Notes: generated from the sequence alone by a model not told the origin. DNA of 51,710 bases from an uncultured Methanosarcinales archaeon (GCA_963843555.1 CAWJKV010000008.1:1-51710), one strand, 5' to 3'. Numbered from the stretch's first letter, positions 31,102 through 41,099 are shown. Numbers and translations are program-made.

Positions 31102-31541
31102 AACGCTCTGGAAACGATTGGGTCACAATTCGCACTTAAGCTCCCCAGCCTTGATAGGGAAAAAATGTTTTATCGCTGCCGTGAGGTAGCTTGAAAGTGG
31201 TTCGGCTTAAGTTGGAAGATAGTTTTTAATAGTTTCGAGACCCTATATACTTTGGGTGAAATATGTTATGCTAAAACTTATCAAGACGATTATAAAGATA
31301 CACCTTATCATGATTGGTTTGATAGCTCTCATTTGTTTCGTGAAAAAGAAGCATCACTGCAGTCATAATGAGAAAGAATAGATAAATCCGAAGGCTACTA
31401 CTCCGGAGACAAGCCCAACCCCAACCTGCTGGCCTGCATGGAGGTGCACCTGCAGGAGCAGCCTTACGATCCGGAGACTGACAAGTACAATGTACCGGCC
31501 TTCGACCACGCCATCGAATCTTAATTTGGTATGACTGATAA

Positions 31542-31830
31542 ATGAATGTCAACCTTGAACTTGAGGACTTAGAACCCATAATGTGCGAAAGCAAATCGTT
31601 AGCTGCAAAAATAGAGCAGTTGCCCAAAACAGAAGGTCAGACTCTGTAGACAGGCTCTACCTTCGAGCCACAGACTCCCCTGGGTAGGCGACTCTGGTCC
31701 ATCCGAAAAAGGATTGTCGCTTCAGAGGAGACTCTTCTCGGATGGAATGAGATCGAAAAAGAGGTCGCAGCACGCCAAGGAGAAGCTAATTGATCAGGAA
31801 GAGGACATTCATTGACACTGTCTCAGGGAG
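31542..31830 (+). pseudogene. Decayed toxin-antitoxin pair (antitoxin-like ORF with internal TAG, truncated PIN-like start)
   Basis: 31542..31793 reads ...QTL*TGSTFEPQTPLGRRLWSIRKRIVASEETLLGWNEIEKEVAARQG. An overlapping TTG start gives MIRKRTFIDT, resembling a PIN first strand. Family assignment is from recall. Confidence 0.45.
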
Positions 31831-31976
31831 ACCTTCTTCAAGCTCGTGATTTCACGTGTGCGAAAGATGATTATGGGCGGCCCGGATGCCGTCTGCAGTG
31901 TCATTGGACTTGATCCGGATGCAAGCCCCATCCTCTACCGGGCGTATTCATTCGGCCTCGAATAGATTAATGCCGG

Positions 31977-34900
31977 TCAACTCAAGACCGGATCGGGGTT
32001 TGCAGAGCTATTGGATGGCGAAAGTGCTTCATCTACTATTTTGATTTCGTCCTCAGTCAGCCCATAGAGTTCGTAGACCAAATTATCTATCTGTCTATCT
32101 GTTGCCTCGATTTGCCGTTGGATCGCTGTTCTCTCATGCCCGGCCCTCACATTTGCCAATTGCTTATGAAGAGCTAGCATCCCATCCACTAAGGCGATCA
32201 TTCGATCATGGAGTGCATTATCCTCTGCATTAGAGAAGTCAATAGTGCGGATTGGCGTCCTTTCGATGAAAATTGCAGAGAAATTGAAGCTGTTGCCCTG
32301 GAGATCGGTGCAAACACTATGGATAAAAAGGCGAAGTAACGAGGAGTTCAGAAGTCCTAATAGATATAAATCTGCCTTTGGTATAAGATATGTTTTATTG
32401 TTGGCATAATACCCATTCATATCTAATGCAAAACGGGCACTTCCTGCAATCTCGGGCCAAAAGAGTTTTGGCTTCTCGAACTCGGGGTAATAGTCACATG
32501 CTCTTAGCTCCCACCAATATTCTCCCTTATCATATCGCTTCTCAGCTGCCTCTGCGTATGGAAGCAAATGGTTTGATATTGCAGGATAATTTCTTTTGAG
32601 CCATCCCAATGCATCATGCCCTTCATCAAACCTCTCATAGGTCCAACCTTTCGGTATTAAAATAAGGTACTTATCGCTAGCTGGTAGTTCATAACGCTTA
32701 ATATCCCTGCCTGCAAGGAATGGCTTGATCAGCTCCACACTCTTTGCATCTTCCGCAATCAAACGTTCTCTTGTAGTTTTATCGATAACAAAAGCTTCGT
32801 TGAGGCCGGTTAGCACTCCTCGATAGATCTTTCCGCTCACGTACTCCTTTAGAGGTACGCCCTTCGCCTTGATCTTAGCGAGCAGAGTCGAAGTCTTCTC
32901 ATCAGCTAACGACCACCCGTTGTCATCAAGAGTTGATCGGCTTACATTGTATTGATGATCTTTGACATAGTTGCTTAAGCTCGTGAATTCCAGGGTTTTT
33001 ACTTGGGTTACCTTGAATCCGTCATTAGGTTGCTTATTGGTAATGCGAATGATGCAAGGATATGTAGTGGCTGTCTTAAAAACGGGAAGATCCCCAAAGT
33101 CGATTATTTCCTCAATGCACTGCTCTTTGAGCCATCGTCTTAGAGGTTCGCCGTAGTTGGCCCGGAGCCACTTATTGGCTACAATGTAGGAGAAGATGCC
33201 ACCATCTTTTAGGAGCGATACGCCACGTTCGATAAAGTAAGAATAGAGATCGGCTACCCCATGATAGACCTGGTAGTGCATCTTAAAGTAATCCTTGAAT
33301 TCCCCTAAAGCCTCCTGCCTGACGTAGGGTGGATTTCCGATCACCACATCGAATTTACCGCCTGGAAATTCGCTTTCCCAATCGAAGGCATTTAATTTCA
33401 GGCGTTCTTCCATATCGAAGGTAGTTCGGCCATCAAAGAATTCCGGCCCGATAAGGGAGTTGCCGCACTTGATGTTGTTGATCAAATCGGGCAGGACACG
33501 CTCTTGAATAAGTTTTTGTTGGGCCTCCATTGATTCCCTATTCTCTCCTTCCAGCACTTTGAGCAGCAAGGATAGCTTGGTAACTTCCACCGCTTGTGGA
33601 TCGATGTCCACCCCGTAGATGTTGTTGAGAAGAATGCGCTTCTTTTCAGCCGTCGTCAGCTTCCAATCAAAACCAGATTTCTGATCCGTTCCTGCCGCTC
33701 GGGAGAGGGGAAGATCCTGATCATTCCTCTTTCCCCTTGCACTGTTCCTTCCTCTTCCATTGTGCTCTTCAAAATCACGGGAAGGCGGAAGGAGCCTCTT
33801 GACCTTAGGAGACGTCGCCGGTTCACCGGCATCCAATAGCGGAGCCAAGTGCTTCGCATACCAATCAGAATGCCATTCCAGCAGATACTTATAAGCCCCT
33901 AAAAGGAACGACCCAGAACCGCAAGCAGGATCTAGTATTCTCAAATCGGACGCTTGAGCGGGCGTCTTGCCCTCCAGCACTCTCCCCACTGTGTTCAAAA
34001 CATTGTAGTCAACGATGAAGGTAGGCGTATAGAAGACGCCGCCCGCCTTCTTGACCTCTGGCTTATCTTCTACCTTTGCCTGATGGCCTTCGGTGAGCCT
34101 TATGATCTTTCCCAGGAATTGCTCATAGACTTGACCCAAAATCTCAGAAGGAAGGAACTTGAAGGCGTAAGGGCTGTCTGGATAGTAGAGGCCCTTTATG
34201 ACTTCTTTGAGGATCTTATCATCTATTTCCAACTTGAGGGTGAGATTGTCTGGGTCTTCCCTGCCGGACTCCTCTTCGAAATGGAAAAGCCCTGAATTAT
34301 ATCGCTCGTCAGCCCGCCGGAAAAGCTCACGAAGACGTCTGTAAACACCTTCCCCGCTTATGAGCGCCTGAAGTTGACCATAGCGTTCTATTCCTCGATC
34401 TTCGCAAATGCGTAAGAAGACTATGCGGTCTATAATCACCTGCACGGCATAGTTGAGATCCCTGATAGTGAGGTCAAGGTCTTTATTTCGAAGGGCTATA
34501 TTCTGAGCGAATTCCTTTCGCCATTTGCTGATCTCTTCCAGGAAGGCAGCATCAACTTCAGCCGTACCCCTCTTTGCTTTATTATCCTGGGCATACTTAT
34601 CAAAAGACCCTCTGAGTACAGACTCCTTCGAGAAGATCGATGCTATCTCATCCCATTTTTCGATATACTCTTTATAATCGTAATAGAAGACTCGGGCAGT
34701 AGATGACTTATCCGTCTTAACAGGCTTGATACGGCAATCATAGACTGCTAACTCCTCGAAGTCGGTAAGCACGCTTAGGGGTAGCTTTGCAGACCATCCA
34801 TATCTACGAAGCTGGAAGGCCGGGCTTATATCGCCCTTGAGGTTAACTGAGGGCTTTTTCGCTTCAACGAAGAATTTGGGAGTACCGCCAATACGGAAAC

Positions 34901-35156
34901 TGTAGTCAGGAGCTTTGGTGCCTCCTTCCTCCATCCGGAGAGACCTCTCACGAACTACATCCTTGTAATCCTCAGAATAGCGCATTTCATTGTAGAGATC
35001 CCAGCCTAGAGCTTTGAAAAAGGGATCTATGAACTCGGACCTAACATCTTCTTCATTATAACTGCCTGACTTGTAGCGTTCGATATTGCGGTCAAACTGC
35101 TCAATTAGCTCTATGATTTCCTTGGGAGCTGGCAAATTAATCTTCCTCCGATCCAA
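31977..35156 (-). CDS. Type IIG (Eco57I-like) fused restriction endonuclease / N6-adenine methyltransferase
   Basis: N-terminal PDY...VEAK nuclease, FYTP, DPACGSG, GNPPY and a TaqI_C-like specificity region. The start may be TTG 35135 (GGAGGA RBS). Confidence 0.92.
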   Translation of the reverse strand: MDRRKINLPAPKEIIELIEQFDRNIERYKSGSYNEEDVRSEFIDPFFKALGWDLYNEMRYSEDYKDVVRERSLRMEEGGTKAPDYSFRIGGTPKFFVEAKKPSVNLKGDISPAFQLRRYGWSAKLPLSVLTDFEELAVYDCRIKPVKTDKSSTARVFYYDYKEYIEKWDEIASIFSKESVLRGSFDKYAQDNKAKRGTAEVDAAFLEEISKWRKEFAQNIALRNKDLDLTIRDLNYAVQVIIDRIVFLRICEDRGIERYGQLQALISGEGVYRRLRELFRRADERYNSGLFHFEEESGREDPDNLTLKLEIDDKILKEVIKGLYYPDSPYAFKFLPSEILGQVYEQFLGKIIRLTEGHQAKVEDKPEVKKAGGVFYTPTFIVDYNVLNTVGRVLEGKTPAQASDLRILDPACGSGSFLLGAYKYLLEWHSDWYAKHLAPLLDAGEPATSPKVKRLLPPSRDFEEHNGRGRNSARGKRNDQDLPLSRAAGTDQKSGFDWKLTTAEKKRILLNNIYGVDIDPQAVEVTKLSLLLKVLEGENRESMEAQQKLIQERVLPDLINNIKCGNSLIGPEFFDGRTTFDMEERLKLNAFDWESEFPGGKFDVVIGNPPYVRQEALGEFKDYFKMHYQVYHGVADLYSYFIERGVSLLKDGGIFSYIVANKWLRANYGEPLRRWLKEQCIEEIIDFGDLPVFKTATTYPCIIRITNKQPNDGFKVTQVKTLEFTSLSNYVKDHQYNVSRSTLDDNGWSLADEKTSTLLAKIKAKGVPLKEYVSGKIYRGVLTGLNEAFVIDKTTRERLIAEDAKSVELIKPFLAGRDIKRYELPASDKYLILIPKGWTYERFDEGHDALGWLKRNYPAISNHLLPYAEAAEKRYDKGEYWWELRACDYYPEFEKPKLFWPEIAGSARFALDMNGYYANNKTYLIPKADLYLLGLLNSSLLRLFIHSVCTDLQGNSFNFSAIFIERTPIRTIDFSNAEDNALHDRMIALVDGMLALHKQLANVRAGHERTAIQRQIEATDRQIDNLVYELYGLTEDEIKIVDEALSPSNSSANPDPVLS

Positions 35157-36279
35157 AGTATTCCGCTGTATCCTTGAGGAATTCAGGATTTAGGGATTGA
35201 GCTAGCCCAAGTTTACGGATTCCCTCCACCTTCTCGATCAGCTTCGAAAAGGACAGGTAGCCGCAAATCTTATGCAAAGGCTTGGGCCGAAGTTGGAAAG
35301 TCGGACGTAGGATCTCTTGTTCTACCTTATCCCGACGCTCATCAGGTGCGACTAAATATAGATTGATATCGAGATTCGGCTGAAGTGCAAGTAGATCACT
35401 CATCCGAAGTAAGCCCGAATAAATGGATGTGGTAGATTCTACCTCGAAGGCTGATACAATAGAGTTGCCCTTTAACCATAGGACATCTATTAACTCGATA
35501 GTCCGTTGTGTGGCTGCATTGAATTGAGTAGGCAACTCTTGGGACATATGAGGAAGAGCACCTAAGGTCCGGTCTTGATAGTAGCGGGATCGATCATTGC
35601 GGGCAACCCATACATCTAGGCCCATTTCCGCCCCTAGAGTAAGTAGCTGATATTGGATTTCGGTGTGAACTCTAATCGATGGTGGCGATTCTTGCTCAAT
35701 AGTTTCTAAAGGCTTCAATTCATGGTTAGATTCTTCCGTCTCTGGTATGCTTACTAGGACTTCCTTCTTCTTATCGCCCACTTTGCCCTTTGTCCGATAT
35801 AATGGCCTTCGCGATAGCTTTCGTGAATCTATTGGGCGAATTACGGGGTTATAACCAGCTTCTTTTAATAAACCAATTATAAGCTCGCCATCTTCATGAT
35901 GTTCAAAAAGGGCGGGGCTGCCTCTTAAGAAGCCCTTGAATTTGCCGGCATCCTTTGGCCCGGAAAAAAAGGACACTTTACCCTTTAGCTGATCCATGGG
36001 CAATCCCTTTTCTGGATCAATCATTAATATAGGCTTTACATCTAAGCGGGCGGGGAAATCATCAACCTTCCATATCTGGCTAGTATCTTTGCTAGGGCCT
36101 ACCACTTCTAGAGCCCCGACCCATCGCATTACCCCTGTAAGATAGCAGAGAAGGATATCTCCCGGCTTAATCCTTTCAACCATTGAACGTCTTCGGTATC
36201 TGAAGCCGCTAACTTTAGCACCTGCTTTTCGAAATTCTTCCCAAGTCGTTCCTGTGAATAGATCAAGCCAATAGTCCAT
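35137..36279 (-). CDS. EVE domain fused to a restriction endonuclease-like PD-(D/E)xK domain
   Basis: N-terminal YWL...TW...IKPGDILLCY (EVE/PUA-like) and C-terminal HTEIQ...IDVLW...AFEVESTTSIYSGLLRM. Confidence 0.8.
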   Translation of the reverse strand: MDYWLDLFTGTTWEEFRKAGAKVSGFRYRRRSMVERIKPGDILLCYLTGVMRWVGALEVVGPSKDTSQIWKVDDFPARLDVKPILMIDPEKGLPMDQLKGKVSFFSGPKDAGKFKGFLRGSPALFEHHEDGELIIGLLKEAGYNPVIRPIDSRKLSRRPLYRTKGKVGDKKKEVLVSIPETEESNHELKPLETIEQESPPSIRVHTEIQYQLLTLGAEMGLDVWVARNDRSRYYQDRTLGALPHMSQELPTQFNAATQRTIELIDVLWLKGNSIVSAFEVESTTSIYSGLLRMSDLLALQPNLDINLYLVAPDERRDKVEQEILRPTFQLRPKPLHKICGYLSFSKLIEKVEGIRKLGLAQSLNPEFLKDTAEYFGSEED

Positions 36280-36397
36280 GTTTCCTCCTAATAGAGTCCT
36301 ATGAATGGTTCACTTTATAAGACCTTTTAGAGTAGAACCTTGCATATTTTTATTGAACCTAGCCGAATTCCAGCTCCTAAGCCCGGTCACGCCAAAC

Positions 36398-36620
36398 CCT
36401 AACGGTTTCATCGGCAACATTGGCGCAATCTTGGAATCGTTTTAAGTGTCATGATGCTGCAAAAAGGTTTTGGACTATTCAGAGGTCACATTATCACGGA
36501 TCATGATTGTAGCAGGGGTATGCCGAGCAAATAAATGATACACGACTGGCTCTTTGGACCGACTTGGACCTGTAACCGTGAAGATTTTGCATAGTTTCCG
36601 CTGGTCCAGTCGAGTTCGAG
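36398..36620 (-). pseudogene. Tyrosine recombinase (XerC-like integrase) C-terminal remnant
   Basis: HLFARHTPATIM (box II H-x-x-R), then across stops and shifts CDL*IVQNL...HHD...ANVADETVR, resembling the integrase catalytic C-terminus. Confidence 0.6.
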
Positions 36621-36699
36621 CCTTCAAACCCAATTCTTTGGAGAAAAAGGCTGCAAATCCTGCATCCCTTAAGAAATGAAACAAAAAAGAGATCCATAG

Positions 36700-36795
36700 C
36701 GCCGAGGGTGAGATTCGAACTCACGGGGCCCTTTCGAACCACGAGCTTTCAGGGATTCATTCCAGGCTCGCGCCATACCGCTAGACGACCTCGGC
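36700..36795 (-). tRNA. tRNA-Ser (anticodon GGA) with 12-nt intron at position 37/38 (36748..36759)
   Basis: Reverse complement GCCGAGGTCGTCTAGCGGTATGGCGCGAGCCTGGAA[TGAATCCCTGAA]AGCTCGTGGTTCGAAAGGGCCCCGTGAGTTCGAATCTCACCCTCGGCG, with long variable arm and 84 nt mature length. Confidence 0.93.
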
Positions 36796-36813
36796 ACATG
36801 TTTGATTAAGGTT

Positions 36814-37986
36814 CTATCGCTTGGCTACTGTTTCCTTCGCAGTGGAGCCATCCCTCTCGGCCAGCTTCCACGCCTTGGGATAGGTGCCCGGCTCCATTAT
36901 TACCCTTTCGGTCGCGGCCACAATTCCAGTCTTGGAGGCCAGCATCTCGTAGCTCGTCAGCTCCGCCCTGGCGATGGCCACAGCTTCTCCTTTCAGGGTA
37001 AAGAGGGCAACTCCGTCCCCTTTATTTATATCCGTCTCCAGGCTGAGCAGTCCCGGTGCCGCCAGCGGCGCCCCATGACAGATGGCATCCACGGCATTGT
37101 CGGCAATAATGAGATGTGGCAGATGCTTTAGCGCCGTCTCGACGGGCTGGATGACTCGCCGCAGACCGCTCTCATCGCCCGTTTCCTTATAGGCTACATA
37201 GGCATCGGTAAGCATATGCAGAGTGACGAGCGTCTCGTCCTCCCGGAAGGGTCCGGCCTTGGTCCTGCGCAGCTCCTCCATGTTGGCGCCGGTGCCAAGA
37301 GCCAGACCTATATCGAAGCATAGCTTGCGAATGTAGGTGCCCGCCTGGCAGCCCACGCGCATGAGCACATAGGGCCCATCGACCTCCAGAACCTCCAGGT
37401 AGTAAATGGTCCGAACCCGAAGCTCTTTGACCACGGACGACTTGAGGGGCGGCTTTTGGAAGATGGGGCCTGTGAACTCCTGGCAGACCTCAAGGATGCG
37501 TTTCCTGGGCTGCGGTTTATGGACATGCATGAGGCAGATGTACTCCTTTCCTGCCAGAAGAAGAGTATCCATCACACGAGTTGCATCTCCCAGGAGAACG
37601 GGCAATATTCCCGTCACCTTGGGGTCGAGAGTCCCGCTGTGCCCAGCTTTCTCGACTTCCAGAATCCTCTTTACCCAGGCCGCCACCTCATGGCTGGTCG
37701 GCCCGGAGGTCTTATCCAGATTGATGGCCCCCAAACGTAGATGGGCCTCCAGGCTGCGTTGCAAGGGAGGAGTGCCATAGGCGGGATCTGTCTTGCCGTT
37801 CCGCTTCAGAAGGACAGATCTGACCCTGTCTGAGGGGAGCATCCCAGGGGCAATATTAGCATTATTAGCATTCCTGCCACCGCTGGCTGGCGGAGATGAT
37901 GAGGACGATGTGGAAGGGTGCGATGAAGATGATAATGATGATGGAGAACGATCCTCCCTCTTTCCCGCACGATGAATCACGGACAT
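36814..37986 (-). CDS. cbf5: H/ACA RNA-guided pseudouridine synthase Cbf5
   Basis: GPTSHEV, GHSGTLDP, GTYIR and PUA domain. The N-terminal ~48 aa Ser-rich segment is uncertain. Confidence 0.95.
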   Translation of the reverse strand: MSVIHRAGKREDRSPSSLSSSSHPSTSSSSSPPASGGRNANNANIAPGMLPSDRVRSVLLKRNGKTDPAYGTPPLQRSLEAHLRLGAINLDKTSGPTSHEVAAWVKRILEVEKAGHSGTLDPKVTGILPVLLGDATRVMDTLLLAGKEYICLMHVHKPQPRKRILEVCQEFTGPIFQKPPLKSSVVKELRVRTIYYLEVLEVDGPYVLMRVGCQAGTYIRKLCFDIGLALGTGANMEELRRTKAGPFREDETLVTLHMLTDAYVAYKETGDESGLRRVIQPVETALKHLPHLIIADNAVDAICHGAPLAAPGLLSLETDINKGDGVALFTLKGEAVAIARAELTSYEMLASKTGIVAATERVIMEPGTYPKAWKLAERDGSTAKETVAKR

Positions 37987-38501
37987 GGTCGGGCCCTCAC
38001 TGCCGCCAGCACGACTGCAAGCGTTCCAGCCTCATCAAACCTGCCCGTATCCACTACCAGATCATAAGCAGAAAGATCATTAATGTCTATATTGTAGTAC
38101 ATCTTATACCGTCGCGCCTCGCTCTCCTCCCGGATGCGCGTCTCCTGCATGGCATCATCCAGCAGCTTCGACTCGCGCCTGGATATGCGCCCGGCTCTCG
38201 TCCGCAGATCCGTCTTTAAGAGCACCTTCAGATCGCCCTGGAGAAGATGTCCGGACAGCCTCCCCTCGAATACGCCCTGACCCTCTCTGGCCAGGGCCTT
38301 CTGAGCATCATCGATAAGATAGTCGATCTCCGGACCCTTCTCCGCCAGGCGGTTCATCTCCTTAACAGATATATTCTTCTCGCCAGCAATCTTACGAAAG
38401 AGCTCCCCGGAGTTGACCCACCGCAGGCAAAGCTGCGCCGCTAGGGCGCGGGCAAGAGTTGTGGTGCCAGTGCCCGGCGAGCCGCTTACGGTTATTATCA
38501 T
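37977..38501 (-). CDS. cmk: Cytidylate kinase (archaeal)
   Basis: SGSPGTGTTT, EGRLSG, RY..YY.ID and conserved position. Confidence 0.92.
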   Translation of the reverse strand: MIITVSGSPGTGTTTLARALAAQLCLRWVNSGELFRKIAGEKNISVKEMNRLAEKGPEIDYLIDDAQKALAREGQGVFEGRLSGHLLQGDLKVLLKTDLRTRAGRISRRESKLLDDAMQETRIREESEARRYKMYYNIDINDLSAYDLVVDTGRFDEAGTLAVVLAAVRARPCP

Positions 38502-38503
38502 CT

Positions 38504-39118
38504 TCAGGCCATGCTCCCAATGTTCAGAGCCTTGCGTACGATCTGCGATACGGGCAGAGAGCAGACGAAGTACCAGTAGAACCAGTAACTGACTGGCCCG
38601 ATCACCGATGCAGTGATCTCATACGGCCCCCCCCAGAAGGGAAAGGTCATCACAAGGGGAGCATGACTCGTTAATGGTATATAATAATAAACCCACATCA
38701 AGAGTGGAATGGAGATAATGCCGATGTAGAGCATGGGCTTGAACTGCATCTGCATCATCTTGCCCTGCTCCGAGACCTGTTTCATCTGTTCAGTTTGGAG
38801 GGCTTGAATTCTGGACTGATCACCAGATAGCTGCGCTTCTTTCATATTTCTTTGCAGCGTCTTCATCTTCTCCTGCTGGTTGCGCAGGAATTCCCAGTCC
38901 ATAGTGTACTTCTGAATCAGGCTGGCATACAGACCGGTAACTGCCGCCAATATGAAGAGAACCATGTGGAATGGAAGGATGCCAGGCATCCATCCCATGA
39001 CGTAGTTCATCCCCTCGCCCAGAGACTCTCTGGGTGCTTCCAACATTACTCCAAAAAAGAGAGCTAAGCCCAATATCAGGGCCACTCTGTCCAGAGATTT
39101 GTTCAATGATGCGTTCAT
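38504..39118 (-). CDS. DUF106 / EMC3-TMCO1 (Oxa1 superfamily) membrane protein
   Basis: TM, coiled coil, QFKPM and WYFVCS, downstream of secY. Confidence 0.88.
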   Translation of the reverse strand: MNASLNKSLDRVALILGLALFFGVMLEAPRESLGEGMNYVMGWMPGILPFHMVLFILAAVTGLYASLIQKYTMDWEFLRNQQEKMKTLQRNMKEAQLSGDQSRIQALQTEQMKQVSEQGKMMQMQFKPMLYIGIISIPLLMWVYYYIPLTSHAPLVMTFPFWGGPYEITASVIGPVSYWFYWYFVCSLPVSQIVRKALNIGSMA

Positions 39119-40725
39119 GCGGAAGCTCCGAAGAACTTCTGCATCGCGGGGTACATCTCCTGAATCTGCTCGCTGGCAATCTGCTCATAGAGCCGATAGA
39201 CTATGCTCACCGCCAGGAGTAGACCGGTACCGCCGGCTCCTCCCAAAGTTCCCAGGAGGCTGGCAATCACAGTCAGTAAGCCGATGATTACACCGCCAAT
39301 CACAGTCACCTTGGGGATATACCTCTCCATCAGCTTCTCAATGGAGGCCGGGTTTCTTCTGTATCCAGGAACTTGCAGCCCCGAATTGTGGATCTTCATG
39401 GCAACGCTTTTGGGTCCCATGCCTGTGGTCTCAATCCAGAAGATGGCGAAGAGAACGCCGCCAACAATCAGGAAGGTACAATCGGTCAACACATGCAGCA
39501 AGATCTGGAGGTTGGTAATCGGCGGGAAGCCCAGCTCTATCATTCCCGCCGTGGACGATACCATGCTCGGTATCCAGTCGCTCGGCCCGTAAATTGGCGA
39601 GAGATAGTACATCAAGCCGGAGACGGGCTGAGGCGACGATCCGCTAACAGCCGCGCCCGTGGCCGAATTGTAGCTTGCTTCGGAGATGAAGCTGCCAATC
39701 AGGCTGGAGTAGCCGGTATATACAGTAGTCACTCCCTCACCTGTTACCGAAGCCGTGGTTATCGTGCCAAGCTTGGATGTCAGCAATGCTCCTATCATCT
39801 CGATATTGGCCTGAATGGCCCTCACCAGAATCATGGGAAGAACTGATGCATAGACCAGCTTCACCGGGAATCGGCCTCTGGCACCGCGCACGCGGCTATG
39901 CGCCAGAGGTATCTCAATTCTCGTAGACTCCACCAAAACGACCAACAAAATGATCACTATGGTAGATATCAGAGCCAGAATTCCTCCTGTGATCAGGACG
40001 AACTGCATGCCTTCTGGTGTGAAGAGGGTATCGAAGCTGATGAGCCCCTGACTGATGATGGCAATCCATTTGGGTATGATGCCCACAGGCAGGCCGTTAG
40101 GGCCTATAGCCGGGTTGATGAGGCCTGTTACCAACTGTTGGCTTATTCCCGCTACGATGAAGAGGCCCACGCCTGAGCCCACGCCCCATTTGGACACGAC
40201 CTCATCCATGTAGACGATTAATGATCCGCCTATAAAGACCTGAATAAATATCAATAAGGATAGGAAGCCCACGGATACTCCCAAAGCAGTGGCTAAGTCT
40301 GTATCAGGAAGCAGATAACCACCCAATACCTGCGGCAAAGCCTCCACTACGATCATGACAAATACCAGAGCCTTTTGTGTGCCCTGATAGATGGCCTGAT
40401 CTCGGGGATCGCTCAGATTGAGCTTGATGATCTGTGCGCCCACGAGAAGCTGCAACACAATGGATGCCGTGACAATAGGACCGATGCCAAGGAGCATCAT
40501 TGTGCCGAAGGATCCGGCAAAGAAGGCACGATAAGAACTGAAAATATCTACGGAAGCCGCGGAAAGCCCAAAGAGAGGTATATTGCCCAGGATGAAGTAG
40601 AGGAGCAATATAGCCAGTGTCCAGCTTAGCTTTCTCTTAAAATGGACGTGCCCTGTGGGCCGCTCCACAGAAGGGAGCCGACGCACAAAAGGCTCTATCG
40701 CATAAAAGAAACTCTGCTGGTTCAT
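39115..40725 (-). CDS. secY: Preprotein translocase SecY
   Basis: LGIGPIVTASI, SKWGVGSG and GTGLLL. Confidence 0.97.
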   Translation of the reverse strand: MNQQSFFYAIEPFVRRLPSVERPTGHVHFKRKLSWTLAILLLYFILGNIPLFGLSAASVDIFSSYRAFFAGSFGTMMLLGIGPIVTASIVLQLLVGAQIIKLNLSDPRDQAIYQGTQKALVFVMIVVEALPQVLGGYLLPDTDLATALGVSVGFLSLLIFIQVFIGGSLIVYMDEVVSKWGVGSGVGLFIVAGISQQLVTGLINPAIGPNGLPVGIIPKWIAIISQGLISFDTLFTPEGMQFVLITGGILALISTIVIILLVVLVESTRIEIPLAHSRVRGARGRFPVKLVYASVLPMILVRAIQANIEMIGALLTSKLGTITTASVTGEGVTTVYTGYSSLIGSFISEASYNSATGAAVSGSSPQPVSGLMYYLSPIYGPSDWIPSMVSSTAGMIELGFPPITNLQILLHVLTDCTFLIVGGVLFAIFWIETTGMGPKSVAMKIHNSGLQVPGYRRNPASIEKLMERYIPKVTVIGGVIIGLLTVIASLLGTLGGAGGTGLLLAVSIVYRLYEQIASEQIQEMYPAMQKFFGASA

Positions 40726-41099
40726 ACTACTACTGCCTGACCACCAGCAGCCTCAATCTTGTTCTTAGCCAATGCTGTGAATCCCAAAGCACTAACTTCA
40801 AGCTTTCGGGTTACCCTGCCTCGACCAAGTACCTTCATCTCACTGATCTCAACCTTGCCGTCCGGGCCGGCCATCTGGTCCAGCACGTCCACGTTGACAA
40901 CATCGACCTCATCGCTAAGAGGCTGCCGGACGAAACCGTGCTTGCCCATCTGAGTTCCGAGAAGCATGGAGCGCATGAAGTGGTGTTTGCACTTGCCTAC
41001 ATCTCCACGGCCGCCGCGAGACCCGCCTCCACGCGCGTTCTTATGCTTTCCATGATAGGTTCTGTGCCCCCTCTTCTCCTTCGTCTTTGGTCTAACCAT
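40722..41099 (-). CDS. rpl15: 50S ribosomal protein uL15
   Basis: RGGGSRGGRG and KIEAAGG. Confidence 0.93.
   Translation of the reverse strand: MVRPKTKEKRGHRTYHGKHKNARGGGSRGGRGDVGKCKHHFMRSMLLGTQMGKHGFVRQPLSDEVDVVNVDVLDQMAGPDGKVEISEMKVLGRGRVTRKLEVSALGFTALAKNKIEAAGGQAVVV

Noticed and set aside
31647..31649. In-frame TAG in the antitoxin-like ORF as pyrrolysine readthrough
   Set aside because: There are no pyl genes in the window, TAG is used as a normal stop in many genes here, and the neighbouring sequence is decayed.
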